Below, piece by piece: positions 50,906 to 64,000 of a stretch of DNA of 64,000 bases. Every line of letters starts with the position of its first letter. The first letter of the stretch is position 1. The stretch covers positions 213,280,001-213,344,000 of the forward strand of contig OZ024743.1 of NCBI GenBank assembly GCA_964016885.1, in the 5' to 3' direction. The notes under the pieces were generated by a model, which ran no database searches, was not told the origin of the DNA, and saw nothing but the letters and a program-made list of their open reading frames with translations. Source of the DNA: Eledone cirrhosa (Eukaryota). The translations under genes were made by a program, and so were the position numbers.

Positions 50906-52225
50906 AGAAGTGTGTGGGAACAGAGTTCAAAAGGTTTGTAGGGGAGTGGTGGAGAGACATATAGCGAAAGGAAACGGTGCGAATGAAAAATTAACAAATA
51001 AAGACAAAAATATAAGAAATAATAAATAAAAATAAAGCATGATCAAAATACAAGGAATGAGAAAATTTAAAAATAAAGGCATGATCAAAATAAACTGAAA
51101 TTAAAAGGGGGGTAAACAGGTGGTGGAAGGGTGTGGGGTGAGTAGGGGTGGTGGCGGGTGGAGTGGGGAGAGGGAGACGGGGTGTCCGAGCGGGGAGGGC
51201 TGAAGGTGGTGTGTGTGGTTAGGTGTGCGTGTGTGTGTGTGTATGTGAAAGTGAGGGTTGGGGGAAGAACGGGGTTGCATGTGCAGGAAGGTGTGTGTGG
51301 GGGGTGTTTTTGTGGGTCGGAGGGTCTGTGCGTGTGTGGATAGGGGGGTGGGGGGAGAGGAATCAGGGGGCTGAGGGTGTAAATATGTGGTGGGAAGCAC
51401 GTGTGTGTGGTTTAAGCGTGTTGTGGGTGTGGGTGGCGTGTGGATAAAAAAAAATTTTTGGGGTGTGTGTGTGGGTGAGTTATATAGGTGATGGTGTAAG
51501 AGGATGGTTGAAAAGTTGGTAAGTTACACGGATGTATGGAGATTTTGGTTAGAAGTCAATAACGTGTGTGGGTAATCCAAGAAGCGGTGGTCGGAAGAGG
51601 AGAGATGTGGGGTGCGCGCGCAACAGGAAGTGGTCAGCAGTGGAAGTGTTGTGGTCAGTTGGTGCTGAGACAGTGGTCGGAAGGGCATAGCAGCAGTCGG
51701 CGGAATGGTAGGGAGGCGAGGATGGGTAGGTGTGAGAGTTGGAGTGAGGAGGGTGTGTGTGTGTGTGTGTGTGAGTGTGTATTAGTAGGGGTGTTAGTGG
51801 GATGAGTGAGTGTGGAGCGGGGAGAGAAGGGTGTGTGTGGTTCTATGGAGGGAGTGTGGTGTACTGGTGTGTGTGTAGTTTGGTGAAGAGGTGTTAGTGG
51901 GTGTTAGTATACGGGAGGTGGGGAGGGGTGGAATGCAGGTGTGAGTGGGGGTTAGTGGGGGTAGGGTGTGTAGAGTTGGTGGTGTACGAGGGTGTGTGGG
52001 TACGTGTGCGTGGGGTTGGCGGGTGTTAGTGATGTTAGTTGCGTGTGGGGTGGGTGGTGTAAGTGGGTGCGTGTGTGCGTGTGATAAGGAGGGGGGAGGA
52101 GGAGAAAAGGGAAGGGAAGGGATGTTAGTATGTTAGTTGGGGAAGGGTGGTCAGATGAGGGGTGGAGTGAAATATAAGAAATATTTCCGTAGAAAGGGTA
52201 AAGGAAGGGAGCGTGCTCTGAACGA

Positions 52226-52264
52226 TTTCAGACGTTTCTGTTTAGCTCGCCTGTCTTCGTGAAA
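52226..52264 (-). ncRNA. Degenerate minimal hammerhead
   Basis: Minus strand: TTTCA-CGAAGA...GAAACGTC-TGAAA; perfect stem I, core lacks U4. Confidence 0.5.
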
Positions 52265-52304
52265 CCTTTGGTAAATGGAATAATTGTATTGTGTGGTTTA
52301 TTAC

Positions 52305-52381
<77 letters not shown>

Positions 52382-52802
52382 AAATTGAAGCGTATATGTA
52401 TTGGAGTGGCTTTCTACAGCATATCATATACTATGATAGTGCTATATAATGAATAACACTCCAAGGTTGATAAGTGCAGTAAAACAACCTTCATTGATAT
52501 GTTGCTAACATATTTGGACACACATCTGCACTACAAAACATATGTAAATTAGTTTTACTTCCCACAGCTATTGCAAATCATCACTGTCTGGTAGTTTTTT
52601 TTCTAAAGTTATAAGACACATACATCCAAAACAAGCGCCCACGTTTATACAAAGATAAACACGCGCCTACACAGATGTATAATATTTCAGATTCTTTACA
52701 GAAACAACGTTAATTGTCATAAAATACTTCAAAGTAAATTTTTAGTCGTACAAACCCAAACCGATAAATATGTGCGTGTTCGAGAATTTGTATCTATCTA
52801 TC

Positions 52803-52845
<43 letters not shown>

Positions 52846-53016
52846 ACATATGCACACACACACATGCACACACACACACACATATACATATACTTAGATT
52901 TTGTTTTGCAGGATTTCTAATCTGAAAATCTGAAAACGTGTGTTGAAACATATATTTTTATAGTTAGCAGCATGACCCCCCTTCAAAAGTATATATATAT
53001 ATATATATATATATAT

Positions 53017-53272
53017 GACCCCGACTGCTGAGCTCCGGCCGTTTCGACAGCTAGATCCGAACTAGTAGAGTGGGTACTAGGAAACGAGTCTGGACCCTGA
53101 CGGCTGAGCTCCGGCCGTTTCGATAGCTAGAGTTCGGATCTAGCTGTCGAAACGGCCGTAGCTCAGTCGTCCGGGTCCTGACTTTTTTCCTATTACCCAC
53201 TCTACTACCCTAAGTATTGAGTACTCTGGTGCGTTTTGGTCCACCTGGTATCTTACAACACCCTCTTTGTTA
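53017..53272. mobile_element. Fold-back mini-element built from half-hammerhead plus tail (related to 1630-1772)
   Basis: Two minus-strand copies and one plus-strand copy of TAGCTGTCGAAACGGCC..AGCTCAG.CGTC.GGGTC. Confidence 0.8.
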
Positions 53273-53385
53273 TATATACAAAGTTTACTGACCATCTTAG
53301 AGTGCAAAGAGCTAAACTAATCACTACAACTAAATTTTACAAATTTGCCTTCCCCATCCCCAATTCAGAAATCCTTTCACCGCCC

Positions 53386-53458
<73 letters not shown>

Positions 53459-53514
53459 CAGGGGCAGTGAAAGGATTTCTGTAATGGGGATGGGGAAGGC
53501 AAATTTGGAAAATT

Positions 53515-53558
<44 letters not shown>

Positions 53559-54075
53559 AGGTCGCACTTCAGCGCTACTGGTAACATGTAAGCCAGTACA
53601 ACTTCGTGCATGGCCGGGTCGTCGGTGACAAAACCGGCAACCCCTCCGAACTTGCTTGGTGAGTAGGGTGATTTTGGACATCCTTTGGGATGAAAAACAA
53701 AAGTCGTCAAATGGCGGAGGAACGCAGGAGAGTCAACGGCCATCCAATAAAGTACTTTTTGTGGTGGAGCGAGAGACTCTTAGTCTTCATTAAGACATCT
53801 CTTTAGGAGAAGGCTACTCTGATATGAAATGTGCAGCTTCGTTTGCATCCATTGATGCATTCGATGTTCAGAGAGTGGGATTGGCTCCGTGCAAAGCCTT
53901 TCCTCACTTAAAAAAGCTTCAAATACAGGCATCGCTAGATATGTGACATATTTTTGCGATGCATTGCATTACTGGCTATAAGCAAGGCCCCAGCAGGCCT
54001 AGGACGCCACGTCCGTATTGTTCATGTTTGATTATCAAGCGATGGGATTACTCGAAATCGATTTGCAGCCATCAT

Positions 54076-54110
<35 letters not shown>

Positions 54111-54391
54111 CACACACGCAAATATATATATATCCGTTTTGTAATTTTGGACTAACTATTGAAATGTGTATGTATGTGTGAGTGTGATGGTGTATATATG
54201 TAGATGTACACACACACACATATATATGTAAATATACAAAAAGTAGAGAGAACTCAATAAAATAGGATTATATATGATTTTTATGCAGTAATACAATTTA
54301 AAAATACATTATTTTAGTTTTATTGTCTCGTTGTGATTTGAACTCAAATATATCACGATGTTTGTATGCCTTCCACTCATACACGCACGCA

Positions 54392-54461
<70 letters not shown>

Positions 54462-54533
54462 TACACACACATATATATATATATGTGTGTGTGTGAGTAT
54501 ATAAGTATATATAAATATGTGCATAAAACAATG

Positions 54534-54600
<67 letters not shown>

Positions 54601-54802
54601 ATACACACATATATATACACACATTCATAACCATATACTTTTATAGTCTACGATTTTCTGTAATAAAACTACATTCTTGTTCTACACCAAAACTCATTGA
54701 ACTATATGTTGTTCGTTTCCACGTTTCCAATTCTTTTCGTCTGTTTTTTCTACTTCTACTTATTTCTCTTTCACTCTCACACCCTCCCTCTGTCACTCAC
54801 CT

Positions 54803-54844
<42 letters not shown>

Positions 54845-54849
54845 ATCTG

Positions 54850-54880
<31 letters not shown>

Positions 54881-55006
54881 CTGCCTCTCCGCCAGTCTCT
54901 CTCTCTCTCCGCCTGTCTCACTCTCCACCTGTCTCTCTCTTCATCTGCCTCTCTCTCTCTCTCTCTCTCTCTCTACATTTGCCTTCCTCTCTTCATCTCT
55001 CACTTC

Positions 55007-55062
<56 letters not shown>

Positions 55063-55518
55063 CCTCCCTGGCTCTCTCCGTCTCTCTCTCTCCATCTGGC
55101 TGTCTCTCCGTCTCTCTACCCTCTCACTTTCATTCTGTTTTATTTAAGCACGAGAAACTAGTGAAGAGACGTAAAAGATCCCAAAACAAAACAATATATA
55201 TATACATACAACAAAAATTATAAACGAAACTCAGTCAAAATGTCTGACCTGATCATGAAAGAGTACTTCAAAACGGCTACAAGGGAGACATGGTCCCCCC
55301 CTCCCCTGATACAAACAAAAATAACAACAGCAACAAAAACAATAATATCCCCACTAAAAAAAATCAAAAAATCAAATCAAAAAAAAAATCTCAATCAAAT
55401 CTTATTACCAAACAAAAAACAAAACAGAAACAAAACAGAAACTAAAAAAAAAAAAAATCAGCATTAAAATTATAATAAAATCGGAAACAAACATCAAAAT
55501 CTCCAATATGAACACCTG

Positions 55519-55768
55519 TATGATGATGATGATGATGGTGGTGATGATGATGACGAAGATGATTGCGATCTTGAGGATTGCGATGATGATGATGGTGGTG
55601 ATGTTGATGAGGAGGAGTTTGACGATGATTATAATGATGATGATGATGATGATGATGACGGCGATGATGATGATAATGATTTCGAGTGGTTGGAAAAGTC
55701 GATGCAAGTTGTACAATTGTTGCAGTTGTTGCTGCTGCTGTTGCTGCTGTCGTTGCTGCTACTACTGC

Positions 55769-55816
<48 letters not shown>

Positions 55817-55825
55817 TGTTGTTGA
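55519..55825. repeat. (GAT)n and (GCT/GTT)n trinucleotide tracts
   Basis: Direct reading. Confidence 0.9.
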
Positions 55826-55930
55826 TTGATGTTGATGTTCTAAACAAGAAAAGTCTATTCGACAATGTTTTTGATGTTTAATTTTTTCTGTTACTGGCGT
55901 TGATGTTTTGTAATCGTCATTATTGCTGCC

Positions 55931-58900
55931 ATGGTTGTTGTTTTTGTTGTTGATGTTGCTGTTGCAGCTATTGGTGTTGTTGTTGTTGCTGTTGCAGCTA
56001 TTGGTGTTGTTGTTGTTGCTGTTGCAGCTATTGGTGTTGTTGTTGTTGCTGTTGTAGCTATTGGTGTTGTTGATGTTGCTGTTGCAGCTATTGGTGTTGT
56101 TGTTGTTGCTGTTGTAGCTATTGGTGTTGTTGATGTTGCTGTTGCAGTTATTGGTGTTGTTGATGTTGCTGTTGCAGTTATTGGTGTTGTTGATGTTGCT
56201 GTTGCAGCTATTGGTGTTGTTGATGTTGCTGTTGCAGCTATTGGTGTTGTTGATGTTGCTGTTGCAGTTATTGGTGTTGTTGTTGTTGCTGTTGCAGTTA
56301 TTGGTGTTGTTGATGTTGCTGTTGCAGCTATTGGTGTTGTTGATGTTGCTGTTGCAGCTATTGGTGTTGTTGATGTTGCTGTTGCAGTTATTGGTGTTGT
56401 TGCTGTTGCATCTATTGGTGTTGTTAATGTTGCTGTTGCAGTTATTGGTGTTGTTGCTGTTGCATCTATTGGTGTTGTTAATGTTGCTGTTGCAGTTATT
56501 GGTGTTGTTGTTGTTTCTGTTGCAGTTATTGGTGTTGTTGATGTTGCTGTTGCAGTCATTGGTGTTGTTGATGTTGCTGTTGCAGTTATTGGTGTTGTTG
56601 TTGATGATGTTGCAGCTATTGGTGTTGTTGATGTTGCTGTTGCAGTTATTGGTCTTGTTGATGTTGCAGCTATTGGTGTTGTTGTTGTTGGTGTTGCAGC
56701 TATTGGTGTTGTTGTTGTTGCTGTTGTAGCTATTGGTGTTGTTGTTGTTGCTGTTGCAGCTATTGGTGTTGTTGTTGCTGTTGCAGCTATTGGTGTTGTT
56801 GTTGTTGCTGTTGCAGCTATTGGTGTTGTTGTTGTTGCTGTTGCAGCTATTGGTGTTGTTGTTGTTGCTGTTGCAGCTACTGGTGTTGTTGTTGTTGCAG
56901 CTATTGGTGTTGTTGTTGTTTCTGTTGCAGCTATTGGTGTTGTTGATGTTGCTGTTGCAGCTATTGGTGTTGTTGATTTTGCAGTTATTGGTGTTGTTGA
57001 TGTTGCTATTGTAGCTATTGGTGTTGTTGATGTTGCCGTTGCAGCTATTGGTGTTGTTATTGTTGTTGTTGTTGCAGCTATTGGTGTTGTTGTTGCTGCT
57101 GTTGCAGCTATTGGTGTTGTTGATGTTGCTGTTGCAGCTATTGGTGTTGTTGTTGTTGCTGTTGCAGCTATTGGTGTTGTTGATGTTGCTGTTGCAGCTA
57201 TTGGTGTTGTTGTTGTTGTTATTGTTGAAGCTATTGCTGTTGTTGATGTTGCCGTTGCAGCTATTGGTGTTGTTGCTGTTGCTGTTGCAGCTATTCCTGT
57301 TGTTGATGTTGATGTTGCAGCTATTGGTGTTGTTGATGTTGCTGTTGCAGCTATTAGTGTTGTTGATGTTGCTGTTGCAGCTATTGGTGTTGTTAATGTT
57401 GATGTTGCAGCTATTGGTGTTGTTGATGTTGCTATTGTAGTTATTGGTGTTGTTGTTGTTGTTGCAGTTATTGGTGTTGTTGATGTTGCTGTTGCAGCTA
57501 TTGGTGTTGTTGTTGTTGCAGCTATTGGTGTTGTTGATGTTGCTGTTGCAGTTATTGGTGTTGTTGATGTTGCTGTTGTAGCTATTGGTGTTGTTGTTGT
57601 TGCTGTTGTAGCTATTGGTGTTGTTGATGTTGCTGTTGCAGCTATTGGTGTTGTTGATGTTGCTGTTGTAGCTATTGGTGTTGTTGTTGTTGCTGTTGCA
57701 GTTATTGGTGTTGTTGTTGTTGCTGTTGTAGCTATTGGTGTTGTTGATGTTGCTGTTGCAGCTATTGGTGTTCTTGTTGTTGCTGTTGCAGCTATTGGTG
57801 TTGTTGTTGTTGCTGTTGCAATTATTGGTGTTGTTGATGTTGCCGTTGCAGCTATTGGTGTTGTTGCTGTTGCTGTTGCAGCTATTCCTGTTGTTGATGT
57901 TGATGTTGCAGCTATTGGTGTTGTTGATGTTGCTGTTGCAGCTATTAGTGTTGTTGATGTTGCTGTTGCAGCTATTGGTGTTGTTAATGTTGATGTTGCA
58001 GCTATTGGTGTTGTTGATGTTGCTATTGTAGTTATTGGTGTTGTTGTTGTTGTTGCAGTTATTGGTGTTGTTGATGTTGCTGTTGCAGCTATTGGTGTTG
58101 TTGTTGTTGCAGCTATTGGTGTTGTTGATGTTGCTGTTGCAGTTATTGGTGTTGTTGATGTTGCTGTTGTAGCTATTGGTGTTGTTGTTGTTGCTGTTGT
58201 AGCTATTGGTGTTGTTGATGTTGCTGTTGCAGCTATTGGTGTTGTTGATGTTGCTGTTGTAGCTATTGGTGTTGTTGTTGTTGCTGTTGCAGTTATTGGT
58301 GTTGTTGTTGTTGCTGTTGTAGCTATTGGTGTTGTTGATGTTGCTGTTGCAGCTATTGGTGTTCTTGTTGTTGCTGTTGCAGCTATTGGTGTTGTTGTTG
58401 TTGCTGTTGCAATTATTGGTGTTGTTGATGTTGCTGTTGCAGCTATTGGTGTTGTTGATGTTGCTGTTGTAGCTATTGGTGTTGTTGATGTTGCTGTTGC
58501 AGCTATTGGTGTTGTTGATGTTGCTGTTGCAGCTATTAGTGTTGTTGATGTTGCTGTTGCAGCTATTAGTGTTGTTGATGTTGCTGTTGCAGCTATTGGT
58601 GTTGTTGATGTTGCTGTTGTAGCTATTGGTGTTGTTGATGTTGCTGTTGTAGCTATTGGTGTTATTGATGTTGCTGTTGTAGCTATTGGTGTTGTTAATG
58701 TTGCTGTTGCAGTTATTGGTGTTGTTGATGTTGCTGTTGTAGCTATTGGTGTTGTTGTTGTTGGAGTTATTGGTGTTGTTGATGTTGCTGTTGTAGCTAT
58801 TGGTGTTGTTGTTGTTGCAGCTATTGGTGTTTTTGATGTTGCTGTTGTAGCTATTGGTGTTGTTGTTGTTGCAGCTATTGGTGTTGTTGATGTTGCTGTT

Positions 58901-59735
58901 GTAGCTATTGGTGTTGTTGATGTTGCTGTTGCAGTTATTGGTGTTGTTGATGTTGCTGTTGTAGCTATTGGTGTTGTTGATGTTGCTGTTGTAGCTATTG
59001 GTGTTGTTGTTGTTGCTGTTGGAGTTATTGGTGTTGTTGATGTTGCTGTTGTAGCTATTGGTGTTGTTGATGTTGTTGTTGTCGCTATTTGTGTTGTTGT
59101 TGTTGCTGTTGGTGTTATTGGTGTTGTTGATGTTGCTGTTGTAGCTATTGGTGTTGTTGTTGTTGCAGCTATTGGTGTTGTTGATGTTGCTGTTGCAGTT
59201 ATTGGTGTTGTTGATGTTGCTGTTGCAGTTATTGGGGTTGTTGATGTTGTTGTTGCAGTTATTGTGGTTGTTGATGTTGCTGTTGCAGCTATTGGTGTTG
59301 TTGCTGTTGCAGCTATTGGTGTTGTTGATGTTGCTGTTGTAGCTATTGGTGTTGTTGATGTTGCTGTTGTAGCTATTGGTGTTGTTGATGTTGCTGTTGT
59401 AGCTATTGGTGTTGTTGTTGTTGGAGTTATTGGTGTTGTTGATGTTGCTGTTGTAGCTATTGGTGTTGTTGTTGTTGCAGCTATTGGTGTTGTTGATGTT
59501 GCTGTTGCAGTTATTGGTGTTGTTGATGTTGCTGTTGCAGTTATTGGGGTTGTTGATGTTGTTGTTGCAGTTATTGTGGTTGTTGATGTTGCTGTTGCAG
59601 CTATTGGTGTTGTTGCTGTTGCAGCTATTGGTGTTGTTGATGTTGCTGTTGTAGCTATTGGCGTTGTTGATGTTGTTGTTGCAGCTATTGGTGTTGTTGA
59701 TGTTGCTGTTGCAGCTATAGGTGTTGTTGATGTTG
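55931..59735. repeat. Minisatellite, 30-bp unit GCTATTGGTGTTGTTGATGTTGCTGTTGCA with 24/27-bp variants and higher-order blocks
   Basis: Direct reading; 591-bp (57251 vs 57842) and 312-bp (59148 vs 59460) internal duplications. Confidence 0.97.
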
Positions 59736-59854
59736 TCAATGTTTGTTCAGTTTTCTGGATGTTGTTCATTTCGAATAAGAGTATGAACAGCGTTGTTCAT
59801 ACCTTCCTTTACAGAATTCACGAAGATAACGATGATGATGATGATGATTATAAT

Positions 59855-60043
59855 TGTTTCTACTTTTGGCACAAGGCCAGCAATTACTCCAGTGCATTAC
59901 TGGTACTCTATTTTATCGACCTCGTAAGGGTGAAAGGCAAATGTTTACCTCGGCGGGATTTGAACTCAGACCTTAAAGGGGCATAACTCTATGCTGCAAA
60001 GCATGGCGTCCGACCTTCTACCCATTCTGCCAACCCACGCCCT
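59855..60043 (-). mobile_element. SINE, family A, full length with 17-bp TSD
   Basis: TSD ATGATGATGATTATAAT at 59838-59854 and 60044-60060. Confidence 0.9.
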
Positions 60044-60096
60044 ATGATGATGATTATAATGATGATGATGATGACACTCTTAAGGAATATAAGCAT

Positions 60097-60296
60097 TGGC
60101 TGAAACGTTCATAGACTGACCATGAAGGGGTGATGCTAGAGCTGTGAAATCTTGCATGCACTAATTTCAACTCTTCTTATTAATAACTGCATTGTTTCTT
60201 TGCAGGGACTATGTTGAAAAATAAACCTCATTTGGTTATTCCATGAGAGTATATTGGTCAGCCCATGAACCTATAATCTTTTCAGCTGTTCATCCT
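60097..60296. mobile_element. Mariner-derived MITE
   Basis: Homologous to 1830-2022. Confidence 0.7.
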
Positions 60297-60663
60297 ATCC
60301 TGATTCATAACGGCTCAATCGACAATCACGAACACGATGATGATGGCGAGAAGGATATTGCTGTTGTGGTTGTTGATGGTGAGGATGTTGTTGATGATAA
60401 CAATAATGAAGTTGTTTTGATGAAATTAATGACGATGTTGGTGATGAATACTGTGAATAATGACGATGGTGGTGGCAGTGGGGGAAATGGTGGTACTGTA
60501 GACGTGGATGTTACTTCGGATAGTGATTAAGATAATTTTATAGATGGTGTTGGTAGTCGTATTGACATGCTCATTGTTGTTATTGCTGTTTGGCCAAATA
60601 TCAACCCTGATCAAGCAGACCTATGATCAAAGGGACCAGCACATACTTTCCGTATGTGTAGAG

Positions 60664-60979
60664 TAGGGGTTCTCAACCTGGTCCATGTGGACCACTAGTG
60701 GTCCACAGGAAAATTCAGGTGGTCCACAGACAATTTTCAATAGCAAATTCTTTTTTGATCCATGCATTTGACTTAAAGCGCTGTTCTTATTCTTCGCATA
60801 AGTACGACTTCAGCTGTTTATTTGCGTAGATTTTTAGGCACTGCGACATGATAATAGCATTTTCTAATTCATTGAAAGAAAACATCTACTGATTTAAAAG
60901 ATTTAAAAGTTTAGGTGGTCCACAGGAAAAAATTACTTATTTTGGTGGTCCACAGCGAAAAAAAGGTTGAGAACCCCTG
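60664..60979. mobile_element. hAT (Charlie/Buster-type) MITE, 316 bp
   Basis: TIRs TAGGGGTTCTCAACCT / AGGTTGAGAACCCCTG; 8-bp TSD GTGTAGAG (60656-63, 60980-87); subterminal GTGGTCCACAG repeats. Confidence 0.93.
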
Positions 60980-61020
60980 GTGTAGAGTACCAAATATATA
61001 TATATATTTATATATATATC

Positions 61021-61196
61021 AGATAGAGTTGGTAAAAACCAGCTAGATCATAACCCACCAGAGTACTCGATACTTGGCGTAGTAGAGTGGGTAATATGAA
61101 AAGATTCAGGACCCCGGGGGCTGAGCTCCAGCCGTTTCGACAGCTAGATCCGAACTAGCTGTCGAAACGGCCAGAGCTCAGCCGTCGGGGGTCCTG
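61021..61196. mobile_element. Fold-back half-hammerhead mini-element
   Basis: Tail followed by a hairpin centred on CTAG-ATCCGAA-CTAG. Confidence 0.8.
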
Positions 61197-61265
61197 CATG
61201 CTTTCACACATACACACACACGCGCATGCGTACACAGGCACACAAGCACATACACACATACACAG

Positions 61266-61311
<46 letters not shown>

Positions 61312-61826
61312 TATCCCACAATCTGTTCTAAAGAAGAGATTTGAAAGAGATTTGGCAGCTATTTATTGTAAATCAAGCAATTGCGTAGAAGCTGCGTAGT
61401 ACAGAGATAAGCATGCTCACCTTTCATTGTTATTGTTGATGCGGATGATGTTGCCGTGTTGTTGATGTTCATATATTGTTGTTAGTTATTAGAATAGTCA
61501 CAAGATATCTGATGTTTTCTATATTTAGGGCAAAATCTGCATGATAGAAGGATGTGATGTCTTTTATTTAATTTACTTGCTTTTAGATACGTTTTCTAAC
61601 TTATTTGTTTGGCACTATCGGAAAAAAATCTGTTCATACTATTGAGTATATCATGCACGAACAGGAATTTAGAGACCAAAATAGAGAAAACAAAATGAAA
61701 CGATCAATATATATACAAATATATATATATATATAACAGATGATAGGTATATACATAGAATGATAGATAAATAGCTAGGTAAAGAGATACATATATATAT
61801 AGGGGGAGAGGGAGAGTGATAGATGG

Positions 61827-61905
<79 letters not shown>

Positions 61906-62256
61906 TACGTAGATGGTTATGTATGTATGTATATATATATATAAATAGACAGATGGGTAGATTAGATGTATATATATATATATATACGTAGATAGACAGA
62001 AGATAGGTAGATGGATAGATTGGCAGATAGAGAGAGGTATATAGATTGGTAACTAGACAGGTGGATGTATAGATAAATAGATTGATTGGTTGATAGATAA
62101 AGATAGATTGCAAACATACATAAACACCAGGATCCACATAATCATGAAGAAATACATAAAACCAAACACGTAAAGAAACATTCTATGAGACACTATTTTT
62201 CTTTCTGTCTCGGTTTCGGTTTCTCTCGCTATCTATATTTAAATAATACGCACACA

Positions 62257-62369
<113 letters not shown>

Positions 62370-62404
62370 ACACACACACAGACCCGCCCCCCCACATATA
62401 TATA

Positions 62405-62572
62405 TAACAAAGAAAGTGTGGTAAGGAACCAGGTGGACCATACCGCACCAGAGTAGTCGATACTTAGAGTAGTAGAGTGGGTAATAGGAAAATAGTCAGG
62501 ACCCCGACGGCTGAGCTCCGGCCGTTTCGACAGCTAGATCCGAACTAACCCAACCGTCGGGACTCTTTTCCT
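62405..62572 (-). mobile_element. Half-hammerhead plus tail mini-element with short fold-back
   Basis: Reverse complement of 53131-53272, followed by an inverted CCGTCGGGACTCTTTTCCTA piece. Confidence 0.8.
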
Positions 62573-62599
62573 ATATACCTATATATATATATATTATAT

Positions 62600-63288
<689 letters not shown>

Positions 63289-64000
63289 TACATATATATA
63301 TAGTTGTTATATAGTAAGCTGTATTATTGGTTGTGCAAAACGGTCCAATAAATTTTTGTTAGCAATATTAAGTTCTCCACGCTTTAGTATATCTCCAATT
63401 CCATTCAAGGGAACAGCTAGATGATGTAAAATGGAGTATTAGTATCAAAATGAAAATCCGAAGGCAAGGTAAAATTTCCAATCATTTTAATCACGACACA
63501 TGTTTCAATAAGAGATAGATCGATCGTGAAGCCATGATCAATTATCACTGATCTCATCAGGTGAAAATGAATTGTCTTCAAATTCTTGATATGAGGGAGA
63601 AAATTAGCAAATCTCACTCACAGAATTCATTCTCTCATATGAAAATCAAGCAGTCTAAATGCGGCGACTGCTATCAACTTCAGTTAAGGTCATAAAACAA
63701 TCATGTTTCTACTCGGCCTGTTTCCACAGAGTTCTCACAGCTGAGTGCCTTTTAGAATACCTAGTTAGTAAATAGTTAGAATGATTAGACACTCAGAATA
63801 CCTAGTTAGTAAATAATTACACACTCAGGCAAGACCGATTACGCGCATTTACATTTACCTTTATCCCTAACCATTGAGTTCTCTCGGTTGGGATATAGCT
63901 AGACGTATTGCACACTCAGTTAAGACCGTTTACGCTCTCTATACATAACTCTACACACAGTACCCGTTTTCTTTAGAATTGAGTTCCCACAGTTACGATT

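Noticed and set aside
50910-52190. GT-rich low-complexity stretch between two hammerhead motifs as one element or gene
   Set aside because: The two motifs belong to different families and no recognisable ORF links them.
53555-54010. GC-richer segment with hairpins, possible LINE 5'UTR or HDV-like ribozyme
   Set aside because: I could not fit the HDV double pseudoknot and there is no coding evidence.
55931-59986. 1351-aa Val/Ala ORF as a membrane protein
   Set aside because: It is the other strand of the triplet minisatellite and runs into a SINE.
63750-63960. Short direct repeats (AGAATACCTAGTTAGTAAATA, ACACTCAG) as CRISPR-like
   Set aside because: Irregular spacing, few copies, eukaryotic context and no cas genes.

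Overview
Eukaryotic, AT-rich window saturated with microsatellites. The SINE, Penelope and Tx1 content suggests a cephalopod (octopus-like) intergenic or intronic region; this is an inference. I found no host exon I can support, and most ORFs in the track are microsatellite translations. Main contents: (i) four L1/Tx1-clade non-LTR retrotransposon copies ending in (TATC)n or (TACC)n, three of them head-to-tail and chimeric, plus a fifth remnant; (ii) several Penelope-like elements (RT + GIY-YIG) and their pseudo-LTR remnants next to (TA)n, carrying about a dozen hammerhead ribozyme motifs; (iii) two tRNA-derived SINE families, RTE and RLE-LINE fragments, mariner remnants and a hAT MITE; (iv) a 3.8-kb triplet-based minisatellite. 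The most striking observation is a non-coding 500-570 bp repeat family (copies at 1-196, 33655-34464, 62641-63193). It holds all hammerhead catalytic segments in a non-circularly permuted order, with compensatory base changes in several helices between two subfamilies.
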